A stretch of DNA of 38,677 nucleotides from Phenylobacterium sp. (GTDB taxonomy: Bacteria > Pseudomonadota > Alphaproteobacteria > Caulobacterales > Caulobacteraceae), in assembly GCF_031412415.1 (NCBI RefSeq), contig NZ_JANOCX010000138.1, positions 1 to 38,677 on the forward strand. The letters run 5' to 3'. The translations under genes were made by a program, and so were the position numbers. The notes under the pieces are model-generated. The model saw only the letters and a list, made by a program, of their open reading frames with translations. It did no database searches and had not been told where the DNA came from. Position 1 is the first letter of the stretch, and every line of letters begins with the position of its first letter. Shown piece by piece: positions 29,620-38,677 of the stretch.

Positions 29620-29907
29620 ATGGGAAAGCCCGCCGCCCGTATTGGTGATAATCATAACTGCACCATTGCTCGACCGCTCCCGCACAAGGGTGGCCCCATA
29701 CTGACTGGCGCCGCAACCGTGCTGATCTGCCAACGCCCCGCGGCGCGCGTGACCGACAAGGCGCTCTGCCGCGGGCAGGACGACGTGATCGCGACGGGGT
29801 CGGCGACAGTCCTGATCGAAGGCCTTCCGGCCGCGCGTATCGGGGACCGCACGGTCCATGACGGGGTCATCGTCGAGGGTGCGGAAACGGTTCTGATCGG
29901 CGGCTGA
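29620..29907 (+). CDS. PAAR spike-tip protein (95 aa, no extension)
   Basis: Three motifs KPAARIGD, RPAARVTD, LPAARIGD; His/Cys metal ligands; AGAGGA RBS before ATG 29620. Confidence 0.93.
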   Translation: MGKPAARIGDNHNCTIARPLPHKGGPILTGAATVLICQRPAARVTDKALCRGQDDVIATGSATVLIEGLPAARIGDRTVHDGVIVEGAETVLIGG

Positions 29908-30062
29908 ATCGTCATGATCGGCTCGCAGTCCGGCCCTCGACTCGATCCGGTGCGCCCGGGCGGCGCCCCGTGATCGTCGCATCGGGACTCCACTGACTAG
30001 GCGCGATGCGCGTGAAATTCAGGTCAGCGACCGTGTCGGCCTCGACCGTTCGCCTCGAAAGG

Positions 30063-30638
30063 TCAGGCGCCGAGCTGGCTGAGAAGCCAGGCGCGAGCTC
30101 CGCGCCACTGGCGCTTCACGGTGCTCTCGGAAACACCGGAGACCTCGGCGATCTCCTCGATAGTCAGGCCGGCATAGAACCGCTGCTCGACGATCTTGGC
30201 CTTGTCCGGATCGAACTGCGCCAGGCGCTCCAGGGCGTCGTCGAAGGCTTCAAGATCGAGGACGGGCTGTCGCTGCTCCCCGCCGGATTCGATCCAGAAG
30301 GTTTCGACCGACGGCTGTTGGCGTTTGCTGGCGCGAAACCTGCGCACCTCGTCCAGCAAGACCTGGCGCATGATGCGGCTGGAAAGCGCGAGGAAGTGTG
30401 CCTTGTCGCGCACGCTGATCCGGTCCAACCGTAGCAGTCGGATCGCGGCTTCGTGGGCCAGGTCGGTCGGTTGGATCTGTAGCTTGACGGCGTCCCCGGC
30501 CAGCACGGACCGAGCGACACGCCGGAACTCCTCGTAATGCATCGCCAGGAGGCGTTCACGGGCGCGAGGCTCACCGCCGCAAAAGCCGATCCAGAGCGCC
30601 TCGACATCATTCGCGGCATGATCGACGGACAATGACAT
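30063..30638 (-). CDS. ECF sigma factor of the kinase-associated type (EcfK/EcfP-like)
   Basis: YEEFRRVA; QPTDLAHEA; HFLA..SRIMRQVLLD..R...ASKR; region 4 GLTIEEIAEVSGVSESTVKRQW..ARAWL; ATG 30638 (frame open to 30650). Confidence 0.92.
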   Translation of the reverse strand: MSLSVDHAANDVEALWIGFCGGEPRARERLLAMHYEEFRRVARSVLAGDAVKLQIQPTDLAHEAAIRLLRLDRISVRDKAHFLALSSRIMRQVLLDEVRRFRASKRQQPSVETFWIESGGEQRQPVLDLEAFDDALERLAQFDPDKAKIVEQRFYAGLTIEEIAEVSGVSESTVKRQWRGARAWLLSQLGA

Positions 30639-30651
30639 TCGCCTACCCACC

Positions 30652-30668
30652 CGAAACGAAACGAAACG
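30652..30668. repeat. Short tandem repeat (CGAAA)x3
   Basis: CGAAACGAAACGAAACG just upstream of the ECF start. Confidence 0.6.
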
Positions 30669-31085
30669 CGCCCAGCGAGATTAGGCATCAACTTCCGACT
30701 TTTGCAAAGCGCTCAGACGATCCGACGGGTCGCTATCTCGACCGAATGCCACAAACGCAGAGGTAACGAACAATGACTGGGCGATTTCGCGAGCCGCTTA
30801 CTCGCCCAGGGCCATAGGGTGGCGGCCATGGCCCAGATCACCGCCTGTCGCACCTCCCGGGTCAAGGGCGCCTTCACTTATCGCGACTTGAGTGAGAAAA
30901 CCGTCGATTGAATAGGCCTCGCCTTCTACCGCGCCGCGCCGATCTAATTGATTGCTCATTCGCATCTATTCAGTCGCGCGCGGCGCGAGCCTGATCGGCG
31001 ATCCTTGCAACCTTGCGAAACCTGCGCGACGTTGCCGCAAGCGCGTTCAGGGGGAGGCGCCCAATAGTCCTTGGGATTGGGGCCA

Positions 31086-33746
31086 ATGCGGCCGTTTCGG
31101 TTCAACTTCGGTCGCCGCAAGCCGCCGCGCGCGCGCGTGGACGAGGCGCCCCGTGCGTCCGGCGTTGGCGACGCCGCCGCGGCTGCGGCGACCGAGCTTA
31201 AGCCCTCTCCGCTGGCCGCCTTCGACATGCACCAGCGTGCGCTTCAGGCGCTGGATCAACTGCTGGAAAGCTCCGACGAGGAGCGAGCGGCGTGGTTCGC
31301 CGAAACTGGCGCGCTCGACCCCACCTTGGCGACCCAGGTGGCCCTTCTGCTTCGCGCCGACGCGGTCGGCAGCCAGGCGCTGCCCACTGCCCTGCCGCAG
31401 CCCCTTGCCCCGGTCTCCGCCAAGCCGCCCGAGCGGATCGGCCCCTACCGCCTGATGGAGCGTCTGGGTCAGGGCGGAATGGGCGAGGTGTTCCTCGGTG
31501 TCCGGGACGACGGCCTGTTCGACCAGAAGGTGGCGATCAAGGTGATCCGCGCCGGCCTGCTGTCGCCGCAACTCGCCGTGCGCTTCGCCGAGGAGCGGCG
31601 AATTCTCGCCAAGCTGCAGCACGCACAGATCGCCCAGCTGTTCGACGGCGGAGTCGACGCCTCCGGCCTGTCCTACATCGTCATGGAGTACCTGCAGGGC
31701 CAGGCGATCACCGACTATGTCCGCGCCGAGGGGCTGGGCCTGGACAAGATCCTGCAGCTCTTCCTTGATGTCTGTTCGGCCGTGCAGTTCGCCCACCAGA
31801 ACCTGGTCGTTCACGCCGACATCAAGCCGAACAACATCGTGGTGACGCCGAAGGCCGGGGTCAAACTGCTGGACTTCGGGATCGCCCAGTTGATCGACCC
31901 GAACCAGGGCGACGCCTCGTCGGCGGCTCACCCCGAGCCCATGACCCGCGCCTATGCGGCCCCAGAGCGGCTCGTGGGTTCTCCGGCCAGCGTGGCCGGC
32001 GACGTCTACGCCCTTGGCGCCCTGCTGTTCGAGCTCCTGACCGGCGGCCTGCCCCAGGCCCTGACCAACACCGAAGAGCACACCGTCGCCATCTCCGCGC
32101 CCGGCCCTTCGAACTGGACGCTTCCCAGCCGCGAAGTCCGCGAGCGGCGCGAACCTGGACCCGTGCGACCTTCGGAACTCGAGGGCGACCTGGACGCCAT
32201 CGTCTCCAAGGCCCTCTCCCCCACGGCCGCCCAGCGCTACACCAGCGTCGTCGAGCTTTCGGAAGACATCGAACGCTTCCGGCGCCGTCTGCCGGTGAAG
32301 GCCCACGCGGACAGTTGGCAGTACCGGTCTTCGAAGTTCATCAGCCGTCACAGGTTGGGCCTCGCGGTGACCACCATCGCCATGGTCGCCCTCGGCTTCA
32401 TCGCCGTCGCCATGACGACGCTCTATGTGGAGTCCGAACGCGCCCGCGCCCTGGCTATCCAGCGCTTCGGCGAGACGCGCAGCATGGCCAACTACATGAT
32501 CTTCGAGGTGGATCCCCAGCTTGCGCGGCTACCGGGCAGCCTCGATCTGCGGCGCGCCATGGTCTCCAAGAGCCATGACTATTTAAAGACCCTGGAGGCC
32601 GACCCCAAGGCGCCGCCGGCCCTGCGCCTCGAAGTCGCGCGCGGCTATCTGCGGCTCGCCCGGATCTACGGTCTCGATATCAACGGCGGGATCGGCGACA
32701 TCGCGGCGGCTCGCGGCAGTCTCCGCCGGGCGCTGGCGATCCTCGAGGCCCTGCCGCCCGGAACGGCCGATGAGACCGGCGTCATCTTCGTGCGCGCCGA
32801 GGCCGACCTGGCCCAGGCCAGCGAGTCGTTTCTCTCGCCCGACGCTCAAAGCCTGAAGGACGGCCTGGCCTTCCTCGACGCCGCCGGCAAGAAGTACGAG
32901 GCCGTCCTACGCCGCGAACCCGGCAATATCGACGCCTCGCTCGGCCTATGGCGCGCACAGGCGATATCCGGCCGCCTGCTGAACTACATGAGCAAGCCGG
33001 CGGAGTCCGTCGCGATCCTCGAGCGCACCCTTCAGACCACGAGGCCCGCGCCCGTCACGATGGCTCAGAAGATCGAGACCAACTATCTCCGCACAGGTTC
33101 GTACTTCCTGCTCGCCGAGGACTTCGAGCAACTGAAGCAATACGACAAGGCGCTTTCTTACCTCACGGTCCTCAACGCCGACATTTCCGAGCTTCGCAAG
33201 CAGGGCATGGCCGGCTTCGAGAACGACTACATGCAGTCCAGCGCCCTGGCCGGAATGGGCAGCATCCTCATCCACAAGAAGCAGTACGATCAGGCGGTCG
33301 CCCGCTACCAGGAGGCGATGGCCGTGATGCGGCGGCTCATGCTGTTCGGGGAGAACGACGCCCTCGCCATCAGCTTCAATCATGAGCGAGTGGGCCTGGC
33401 GAACGCGCTGTCGCTGGCGGGCCGGCACGCCGAAGCCATAGCCCTCATTTCGGACGCCGTGGCTCAGTCTCGGGCGCGAGCGCAGCGTAAGCCGGACGAC
33501 ATGGGCGCCCTGCGGATTCTCGCCCTCTACCTGAACGGCCAGGCCAAGATGGAGCATCGCTCCGGCGCCGCCGCCCGTGGGTGCGCCACGGACGTCACCG
33601 CCTGGAACGTCTGGGTCGATGTCGCCGCGAGGACCGGCTTGGTCGGCATGGATCAGAACCCGGACGGTCCCATTCCCCAGGGCCAGGCCCGCCTGAAAGC
33701 CTGCGGGTACACCGTGGACGCCAAGCAGATGAAGAAGATCGGCTAG
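31086..33746 (+). CDS. Membrane Ser/Thr kinase with extracytoplasmic TPR region (PknS/PknT-like)
   Basis: LGQGGMGEV; VAIK; HADIKPNN; DFG; YAAPE; GDLDAIV.KAL; one TM; TPR-like C-terminus; start uncertain (31071/31086/31227). Confidence 0.92.
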   Translation: MRPFRFNFGRRKPPRARVDEAPRASGVGDAAAAAATELKPSPLAAFDMHQRALQALDQLLESSDEERAAWFAETGALDPTLATQVALLLRADAVGSQALPTALPQPLAPVSAKPPERIGPYRLMERLGQGGMGEVFLGVRDDGLFDQKVAIKVIRAGLLSPQLAVRFAEERRILAKLQHAQIAQLFDGGVDASGLSYIVMEYLQGQAITDYVRAEGLGLDKILQLFLDVCSAVQFAHQNLVVHADIKPNNIVVTPKAGVKLLDFGIAQLIDPNQGDASSAAHPEPMTRAYAAPERLVGSPASVAGDVYALGALLFELLTGGLPQALTNTEEHTVAISAPGPSNWTLPSREVRERREPGPVRPSELEGDLDAIVSKALSPTAAQRYTSVVELSEDIERFRRRLPVKAHADSWQYRSSKFISRHRLGLAVTTIAMVALGFIAVAMTTLYVESERARALAIQRFGETRSMANYMIFEVDPQLARLPGSLDLRRAMVSKSHDYLKTLEADPKAPPALRLEVARGYLRLARIYGLDINGGIGDIAAARGSLRRALAILEALPPGTADETGVIFVRAEADLAQASESFLSPDAQSLKDGLAFLDAAGKKYEAVLRREPGNIDASLGLWRAQAISGRLLNYMSKPAESVAILERTLQTTRPAPVTMAQKIETNYLRTGSYFLLAEDFEQLKQYDKALSYLTVLNADISELRKQGMAGFENDYMQSSALAGMGSILIHKKQYDQAVARYQEAMAVMRRLMLFGENDALAISFNHERVGLANALSLAGRHAEAIALISDAVAQSRARAQRKPDDMGALRILALYLNGQAKMEHRSGAAARGCATDVTAWNVWVDVAARTGLVGMDQNPDGPIPQGQARLKACGYTVDAKQMKKIG

Positions 33747-34159
33747 GCGGCCATCGCCAGGATGATGGTCCACTCCGCCGCGGTCACCGGCGACACCGAG
33801 AGCCGCGACTGACGCAGGATCTTCATCTCGGCGAGGTCGGCCCGCGCCTTCATCTGCGCAAGGGTGACCGGCTTGGCCAAGGCCGACACCGGCGCGATCT
33901 CCACCGCCACGAACCGTCCCGACGCGTCGCCGGGATCGGGAAAGGCTTCGCGGATCACCTTGGCCACGCCGACCGCGGCCGGTCCGGCGCCGGAATGGTA
34001 GAACAGCATCTGATCGCCGACCCGCATGGCACGCAGGTTCAAGGCCGCGGCGTTGTTGCGCACGCCGTCCCAGACGGTCTTGCCGTCTGACAGCAGGTCG
34101 TCGAAGGCGTAGGTGTCAGGTTCGGACTTCACCAGCCAGTAGCGCGCTTCCGACGTCAT
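33743..34159 (-). CDS. EVE domain protein
   Basis: YWLVKSEP; WDGVRN; GD..LFYHS; SRLSVSPV; ATG 34159 has better RBS spacing than 34168. Confidence 0.93.
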   Translation of the reverse strand: MTSEARYWLVKSEPDTYAFDDLLSDGKTVWDGVRNNAAALNLRAMRVGDQMLFYHSGAGPAAVGVAKVIREAFPDPGDASGRFVAVEIAPVSALAKPVTLAQMKARADLAEMKILRQSRLSVSPVTAAEWTIILAMAA

Positions 34160-34231
34160 CGCCTTCATCTCCTTCGGGGGGCCGGACGCCCAAGGCCCAG
34201 GATGTCAGGAGCCGCCGCACGGTTCCAGCCT

Positions 34232-35281
34232 TCAGCGATCTAGAACCGCCAGGGCGGTCTCGGCCAGGATGATCGCGCCGGAATTGTCCGTACTCGGATC
34301 ACTGGTCCCGATGCCGTCCAGATTCCGCTTGAACACGCCCTGCGAGATCGAAGCCAGGCGGAAGATCGAGAAGGCCAGGTAGAAGGCGAAGTCGGGGATC
34401 CCGTCACGACCGGTCCGGCGACAGTAGGTGGCGACGTGCTCGGCTTCGGTGGGGATGCCGGCCTTCGCCAGGTCGATCCCATCCAGCGTGCCCCAACTCT
34501 CCGAGCGCGAGTGCCAGAGGATGCAGGTATAGGCCAGGTCCGCCAGCGGGTGACCCAGGGTCGAGAGCTCCCAGTCAAGCACGGCGATGATCCTGGGTTC
34601 GGTCGGATGGAACATCACGTTCTCCAGCCGATAGTCCCCATGGGCGATGGTGACCGGACCATCCGTCGGGATGCGGCCCGGCAGGCGCTCGATCAGCGCC
34701 TCCATGGCTGGGATCGTTTCGGTCTCCGCGCCCCGATACTGTTTGATGAAGCGGCCGATCTGGCGCTCGAAATAGTTTCCGGGCCGCCCGTAGTCCGCCA
34801 GGCCCACGGCCTGCGGATCGATGGCGTGCAGCCGCGCCAGCACGGCGTTGAGCTCGTCATAGATCGCGCTCCGTTCGGCCGGCTCCAGGCCCGGCAGCCG
34901 CGCGTCGCGGAATATCCGGCCTTCCAGGAAGTCCATCACGTAGAAGCTGGTCCCGGCGACGCTCTCGTCCTCGCAGAGCGCCCGCATCTTCGGAACGGGG
35001 AAGCCGACCTCGCCCAAGGCCTTCATCACCCGATACTCGCGGTCCACCTGATGGGCGCTGGCCAGCAGCACGCCGGGCGGCTTCTTGCGCAGGACATAGC
35101 GGCCGCTTCCGGCGGTGAGCAGATAGGTCGGGTTCGACGCGCCGCCCTTGAACTGGCTGACGCTCAAGGGGCCCTGATAACCCTCGACATTGGCCGCCAG
35201 CCAGCGGTCCAGCGCGGCTTCGTCCAGGCGATGGGCGGCTCTCACCTCGCCGAGATTTGGCGTCCCTGGGTCGGTGGTCAT
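34232..35281 (-). CDS. APH-family phosphotransferase (ACAD10/11 N-terminal-like)
   Basis: GGASNPTY; VLRKKP; AHQVDREY; HGDYRLEN; LDWELSTLG.PLADL. Confidence 0.93.
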   Translation of the reverse strand: MTTDPGTPNLGEVRAAHRLDEAALDRWLAANVEGYQGPLSVSQFKGGASNPTYLLTAGSGRYVLRKKPPGVLLASAHQVDREYRVMKALGEVGFPVPKMRALCEDESVAGTSFYVMDFLEGRIFRDARLPGLEPAERSAIYDELNAVLARLHAIDPQAVGLADYGRPGNYFERQIGRFIKQYRGAETETIPAMEALIERLPGRIPTDGPVTIAHGDYRLENVMFHPTEPRIIAVLDWELSTLGHPLADLAYTCILWHSRSESWGTLDGIDLAKAGIPTEAEHVATYCRRTGRDGIPDFAFYLAFSIFRLASISQGVFKRNLDGIGTSDPSTDNSGAIILAETALAVLDR

Positions 35282-35398
35282 GGCATGCTCCGGCGTGGTT
35301 CGGCGCCAAGCCTACACCCCCTTCCCCGGCGGTGGGCCAAGAGCTCTTCGCTGACGCCGCGAAAGGGGGTCATGCTGGGGGAACGCCGGGAGGACGCC

Positions 35399-36208
35399 AT
35401 GGCCCAGATCGAGACCGCCGACTTCGTGCACGTGCTCTACGCCGTGGACGACCACATCGCCCGCATCACGCTGAACCGCCCCGAACGCCGCAACGCGCTC
35501 AACCCCCGGGCCTATGCCGAGATCGAGGCCGCGTTCCGCCACGCCAGCGCCGATCCAGAGGTCCGCTGCGTCCTGGTCACCGGCGCCGATCCGGCCTTCT
35601 GCTCGGGCGAGGACGTCAAGGAGATGATGACCGGCGAGGCCCCTGCCGGACCGCCCCGGCCGCCGCGCGTCAAGTTCGAGCCCACCCCGGCCGCCATGGC
35701 CGTGATCGACTGCGAGAAGCCGGTGATCGCCGCGATCAACGGCGCGGCTGTCGGCTGGGGCATGGAACTGGCCCTCTACGCCGACATCCGCCTGGCCTCG
35801 GAAAAGGCGGTGTTCGCCGAGCTGTTCATCAAGCGCGGCCTGATCTGCGACGTGGGCGGTCTCTGGATGCTGCCGGCCATCGTCGGCCCGGCCAAGGCCG
35901 CCGAACTGCTGTTCACCGGCGATCCCATCGACGCCAGGGAGGCTGAGCGCATCGGCCTCGTCACCGACACTGTTCCGCACGAGGACTTGCTGCCCCGCGC
36001 CGAAGCCATGGCTGCCCGCATCGCCGCCAACCCGCCGCTCGCCCTGCGCTACATGAAGCAGGGCCTGCGCCGGACCACCCACGGCGACCCGCGCGAGATC
36101 GGCGGCTGGGCCATCGAGATCATCTACCGCCTGTTCGCCACCGAGGATCACCGCGAGGGGGTGAAGAGCTTCCTGGAAAAGCGCCCCCCGGTTTTCACCG
36201 GCCGCTAG
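35399..36208 (+). CDS. Enoyl-CoA hydratase/isomerase (crotonase) family protein
   Basis: ITLNRPERRNAL; FCSGED; KPVIAAINGAAVGWG; EGVKSFLEKR.P.F.G; GGAGG RBS before ATG 35399. Confidence 0.93.
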   Translation: MAQIETADFVHVLYAVDDHIARITLNRPERRNALNPRAYAEIEAAFRHASADPEVRCVLVTGADPAFCSGEDVKEMMTGEAPAGPPRPPRVKFEPTPAAMAVIDCEKPVIAAINGAAVGWGMELALYADIRLASEKAVFAELFIKRGLICDVGGLWMLPAIVGPAKAAELLFTGDPIDAREAERIGLVTDTVPHEDLLPRAEAMAARIAANPPLALRYMKQGLRRTTHGDPREIGGWAIEIIYRLFATEDHREGVKSFLEKRPPVFTGR

Positions 36209-36280
36209 CGCGCGGACACTGGACTCCCGCGCCGGGCGATGGTCGGACAGGACTCAACGACATCTTGGGGAGACGGCGCC

Positions 36281-38452
36281 TTGCGGACCTTCGGCTTGAT
36301 CCTGTTCCTGACCCTGGCGGCGGCGACGAGCGCCTCGGCCGCCGACGACCTCAAGGCCGGGAAGCGCCAGGCGGCGAACGTCACCATCGTTCGTGACGAC
36401 TGGGGCATCGCCCACATCACCGGCAAGACGGACGCCGACGCCGTGTTCGGTCTCGTCTACGCCCAGGCCGAGGACGACTTCAACCGGGTCGAGACCAACT
36501 ACATAAACGCGCTGGGCCGCCTGGCCGAGGCGGAGGGCGAGGCCGCCGTCTGGCAGGACCTGCGGATGAAGCTGTTCATCGACCCTGTCGAGCTCAAGGC
36601 CCAGTATGCGAAGAGCCCGGCCTGGCTGCGCAAGCTGATGGATGCCTGGGCCGACGGCCTCAACTACTACCTCGCCACCCACCCGCAGGTGACGCCGCGG
36701 GTGATCAAGCGCTTCGAGCCCTGGATGGCGCTCTCCTTCTCCGAAGGCAGCATCGGGGGCGACATCGAGCGGGTGTCGCTGAGCCAGCTCGAGGCCTTCT
36801 ACGGCAAGACCAAGGTCGCCCTGGCGGCCGATGAGATCGGAACCACCTTCAAGGAGCCCACCGGCTCCAACGGCTTCGCCATCGCGCCAAGCAACACCAA
36901 GGACGGCCACGCCCTGCTGCTGATCAATCCGCACACCTCGTTCTTCTTCAGGTCGGAGGTGCAGGTAACCAGCGGCCAGGGGCTGAACGCCTATGGCGCG
37001 GTCACCTGGGGCCAGTTCTTCGTCTATCAGGGCTTCAACGAACACGCGGGCTGGATGCACACCTCCAGCGGCCTCGACGTCGTGGATGAGTTCGCGGAAA
37101 CCATCGGCGGCTTGGGCGACAAGCTCACCTACCGCTATGGCTCGGAGGACCGAGCCGTCCGGATCAAGACCATCGCCGTGCCCTACATGGCCGCCGATGG
37201 GAAGATGGCCAGCCGGACCTTCACCACCTACGCCACCCACCACGGCCCCATCGTCCGCGAGGCGGACGGTAAGTGGATCGCCATGGCCCTGATGAACACG
37301 CCGGTCGCGGCCCTGCAGCAGTCGTTCCTGCGCACCAAGGCCCGTGACTATGCCAGCTTCCTGAAGGTGGCCGAGCTCAAGGCCAACTCGTCCAACAACA
37401 CCATCTTCGCCGACGCCAAGGGACAGATCGCCTATCTGCACCCGCAGTTCATCCCGAGGCGCGACGACCGGTTCGACTACACCAAGCCGGTGGACGGGTC
37501 CGACCCGGCCACCGACTGGAAGGGCCTGCACGCGCTCGCCGACGCGCCATCCGTCCTGACCCCCAAGACCGGCTGGATCTTCAACACCAACGACTGGCCC
37601 TGGTCGGCGGCCGGCGCCGACAGCCCCAAGCGCGAGGCCTTTCCGCGCTACATGGACGACGCGGGCCCCAACCCGCGCGGCGCCCACGCGGCCTTGGTGC
37701 TGAACGCCCGCAAGGACTTCACCCTGCCGACCCTGATCGAGGCCGCCTACGATCCCTACCTGCCGGCCTTCGCCCGCCTGATCCCGGCCCTGGTCGAGGC
37801 CTATGACGCTACCCCCGCCGCCGACCCGCTGAAGCTCAAGCTGGGCGACCAGATCGCCGCCTTGCGCGTCTGGGACCATCGCTGGTCGGCGGCGTCGACG
37901 CAGACCTCGCTGGCGGTGTTCTGGGGCGAGGCCTTGTGGGCGCAGGCCGCCCCAGCCGCCAAGCTCGCGGGGATCAGCGTGTACGACCACATGGCCACGC
38001 GCACGACGAACGTTGAGAAGCTCCAGGCCCTGGCCGCGGCCTCCGACCGCCTGGCTCAAGACTTCGGGACCTGGAAGACCCCTTGGGGCGAGATCAACCG
38101 CTTCCAGCGCCTGACCGGCGACATCATCCAGCCCTTCGACGATGCGGGCGCGAGCATCCCCGTACCCTTCACCTCGGCCCAGTGGGGCTCGCTGGCCTCC
38201 TTCGGCGCCAAGCGCTATCCGACGACCAAGCGCTACTACGGAACCAGCGGCAACAGCTTCGTCGCCGCCGTCGAGTTCGGCCCCAAGGTGAAAGCCTTCG
38301 CCGTCACCGCCGGTGGCGAGAGCGGCGACCCCAAGTCCAGGCACTTCAACGACCAGGCCCTTCGCTACAGCCAGGGGGCGCTCAGGGAGGTGTATTTTTA
38401 TCCGGAGCAGCTTCAGGGGAAGGTGGAGCGGACGTATCGGCCTGGGGAGTGA
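36281..38452 (+). CDS. Penicillin acylase / Ntn-hydrolase family protein, exported
   Basis: Signal peptide; IVRDDWGIAHI; YAQAED; beta-subunit nucleophile G|SNGFAIAP; LLINPH; TTG start with GGAG RBS (frame open to 36239). Confidence 0.92.
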   Translation: MRTFGLILFLTLAAATSASAADDLKAGKRQAANVTIVRDDWGIAHITGKTDADAVFGLVYAQAEDDFNRVETNYINALGRLAEAEGEAAVWQDLRMKLFIDPVELKAQYAKSPAWLRKLMDAWADGLNYYLATHPQVTPRVIKRFEPWMALSFSEGSIGGDIERVSLSQLEAFYGKTKVALAADEIGTTFKEPTGSNGFAIAPSNTKDGHALLLINPHTSFFFRSEVQVTSGQGLNAYGAVTWGQFFVYQGFNEHAGWMHTSSGLDVVDEFAETIGGLGDKLTYRYGSEDRAVRIKTIAVPYMAADGKMASRTFTTYATHHGPIVREADGKWIAMALMNTPVAALQQSFLRTKARDYASFLKVAELKANSSNNTIFADAKGQIAYLHPQFIPRRDDRFDYTKPVDGSDPATDWKGLHALADAPSVLTPKTGWIFNTNDWPWSAAGADSPKREAFPRYMDDAGPNPRGAHAALVLNARKDFTLPTLIEAAYDPYLPAFARLIPALVEAYDATPAADPLKLKLGDQIAALRVWDHRWSAASTQTSLAVFWGEALWAQAAPAAKLAGISVYDHMATRTTNVEKLQALAAASDRLAQDFGTWKTPWGEINRFQRLTGDIIQPFDDAGASIPVPFTSAQWGSLASFGAKRYPTTKRYYGTSGNSFVAAVEFGPKVKAFAVTAGGESGDPKSRHFNDQALRYSQGALREVYFYPEQLQGKVERTYRPGE

Positions 38453-38480
38453 GGGGCCGCTTCAGGCGCTTTGGAGGCGG

Positions 38481-38675
38481 TCACCTTCGAGAGGCATATT
38501 TGGAAGGCTCGCCAGTCCGGAGGAAGGAATCAAGGTCGATCAGTCGCCGCTTGGCCAGCCAGATCGCAGTCTTGACACTCGTCCACTGACCAAACCCCGG
38601 TTCGAACAGCAGCAATTTGATCCAGCGTCCGAACGGCGAGAAGCGGCCATAGATTTGATCTGCACCCCATAATTC
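38481..38675 (-). CDS. Possible 3' end of a gene running off the window
   Basis: Open frame ELWGADQIYGRFSPFGRWIKLLLFEPGFG...KYASRR* converging on the acylase; no recognisable motif. Confidence 0.35.
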   Translation of the reverse strand, partial: ELWGADQIYGRFSPFGRWIKLLLFEPGFGQWTSVKTAIWLAKRRLIDLDSFLRTGEPSKYASRR

Positions 38676-38677
38676 GC

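Noticed and set aside
30652-30668. (CGAAA)3 as a phase-variable switch for the ECF
   Set aside because: Three units is too few to support slippage without cross-strain evidence
34436-35398. Apparent 590-aa N-terminally extended enoyl-CoA hydratase
   Set aside because: The extension is antisense to the phosphotransferase; a clear GGAGG plus ATG lies at 35399
33743-38452. EVE, phosphotransferase, crotonase and acylase as part of the T6SS or a defence/quorum-quenching system
   Set aside because: Common stand-alone genes; no shared promoter motif seen; acylase substrate cannot be read from sequence

Overview
GC-rich (roughly two-thirds G+C by eye) alphaproteobacterial DNA, probably Caulobacteraceae-like (inference from composition and gene content). 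About 33.7 kb is a near-complete type VI secretion (T6SS) locus of the Agrobacterium/Rhizobium imp type, split into two convergent operons. The + strand carries clpV-hcp-vgrG-(DUF6931-like)-fha-tssK-tssL(OmpA)-tssM-tagF-pppA; the - strand carries tssA-tssB-tssC-tssC2-tagJ-tssE-tssF-tssG. I found no tssJ and no recognisable toxin/immunity pair. Next to it is a regulatory block: (i) a Ser/Thr kinase with a TM-periplasmic sensor-TM-HAMP module, plus three lipoproteins (LysM-like CE4 deacetylase, TPR, LysM-TPR); (ii) a lone PAAR gene; (iii) a phosphorylation-type ECF sigma factor divergent from a membrane TPR Ser/Thr kinase (EcfK/PknS-like). Two signals stand out. A bipartite motif GACCCG-N16-CGCCT sits, correctly oriented, upstream of clpV and of two orphan ORFs at the left end, suggesting an ECF regulon with candidate new effectors. 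A DRT[VM]IG motif occurs twice in the TssL N-terminus and once in the tail of the HAMP kinase. The right ~5 kb holds ordinary genes (EVE, phosphotransferase, enoyl-CoA hydratase, Ntn acylase). All calls come from reading motifs; no searches were run.
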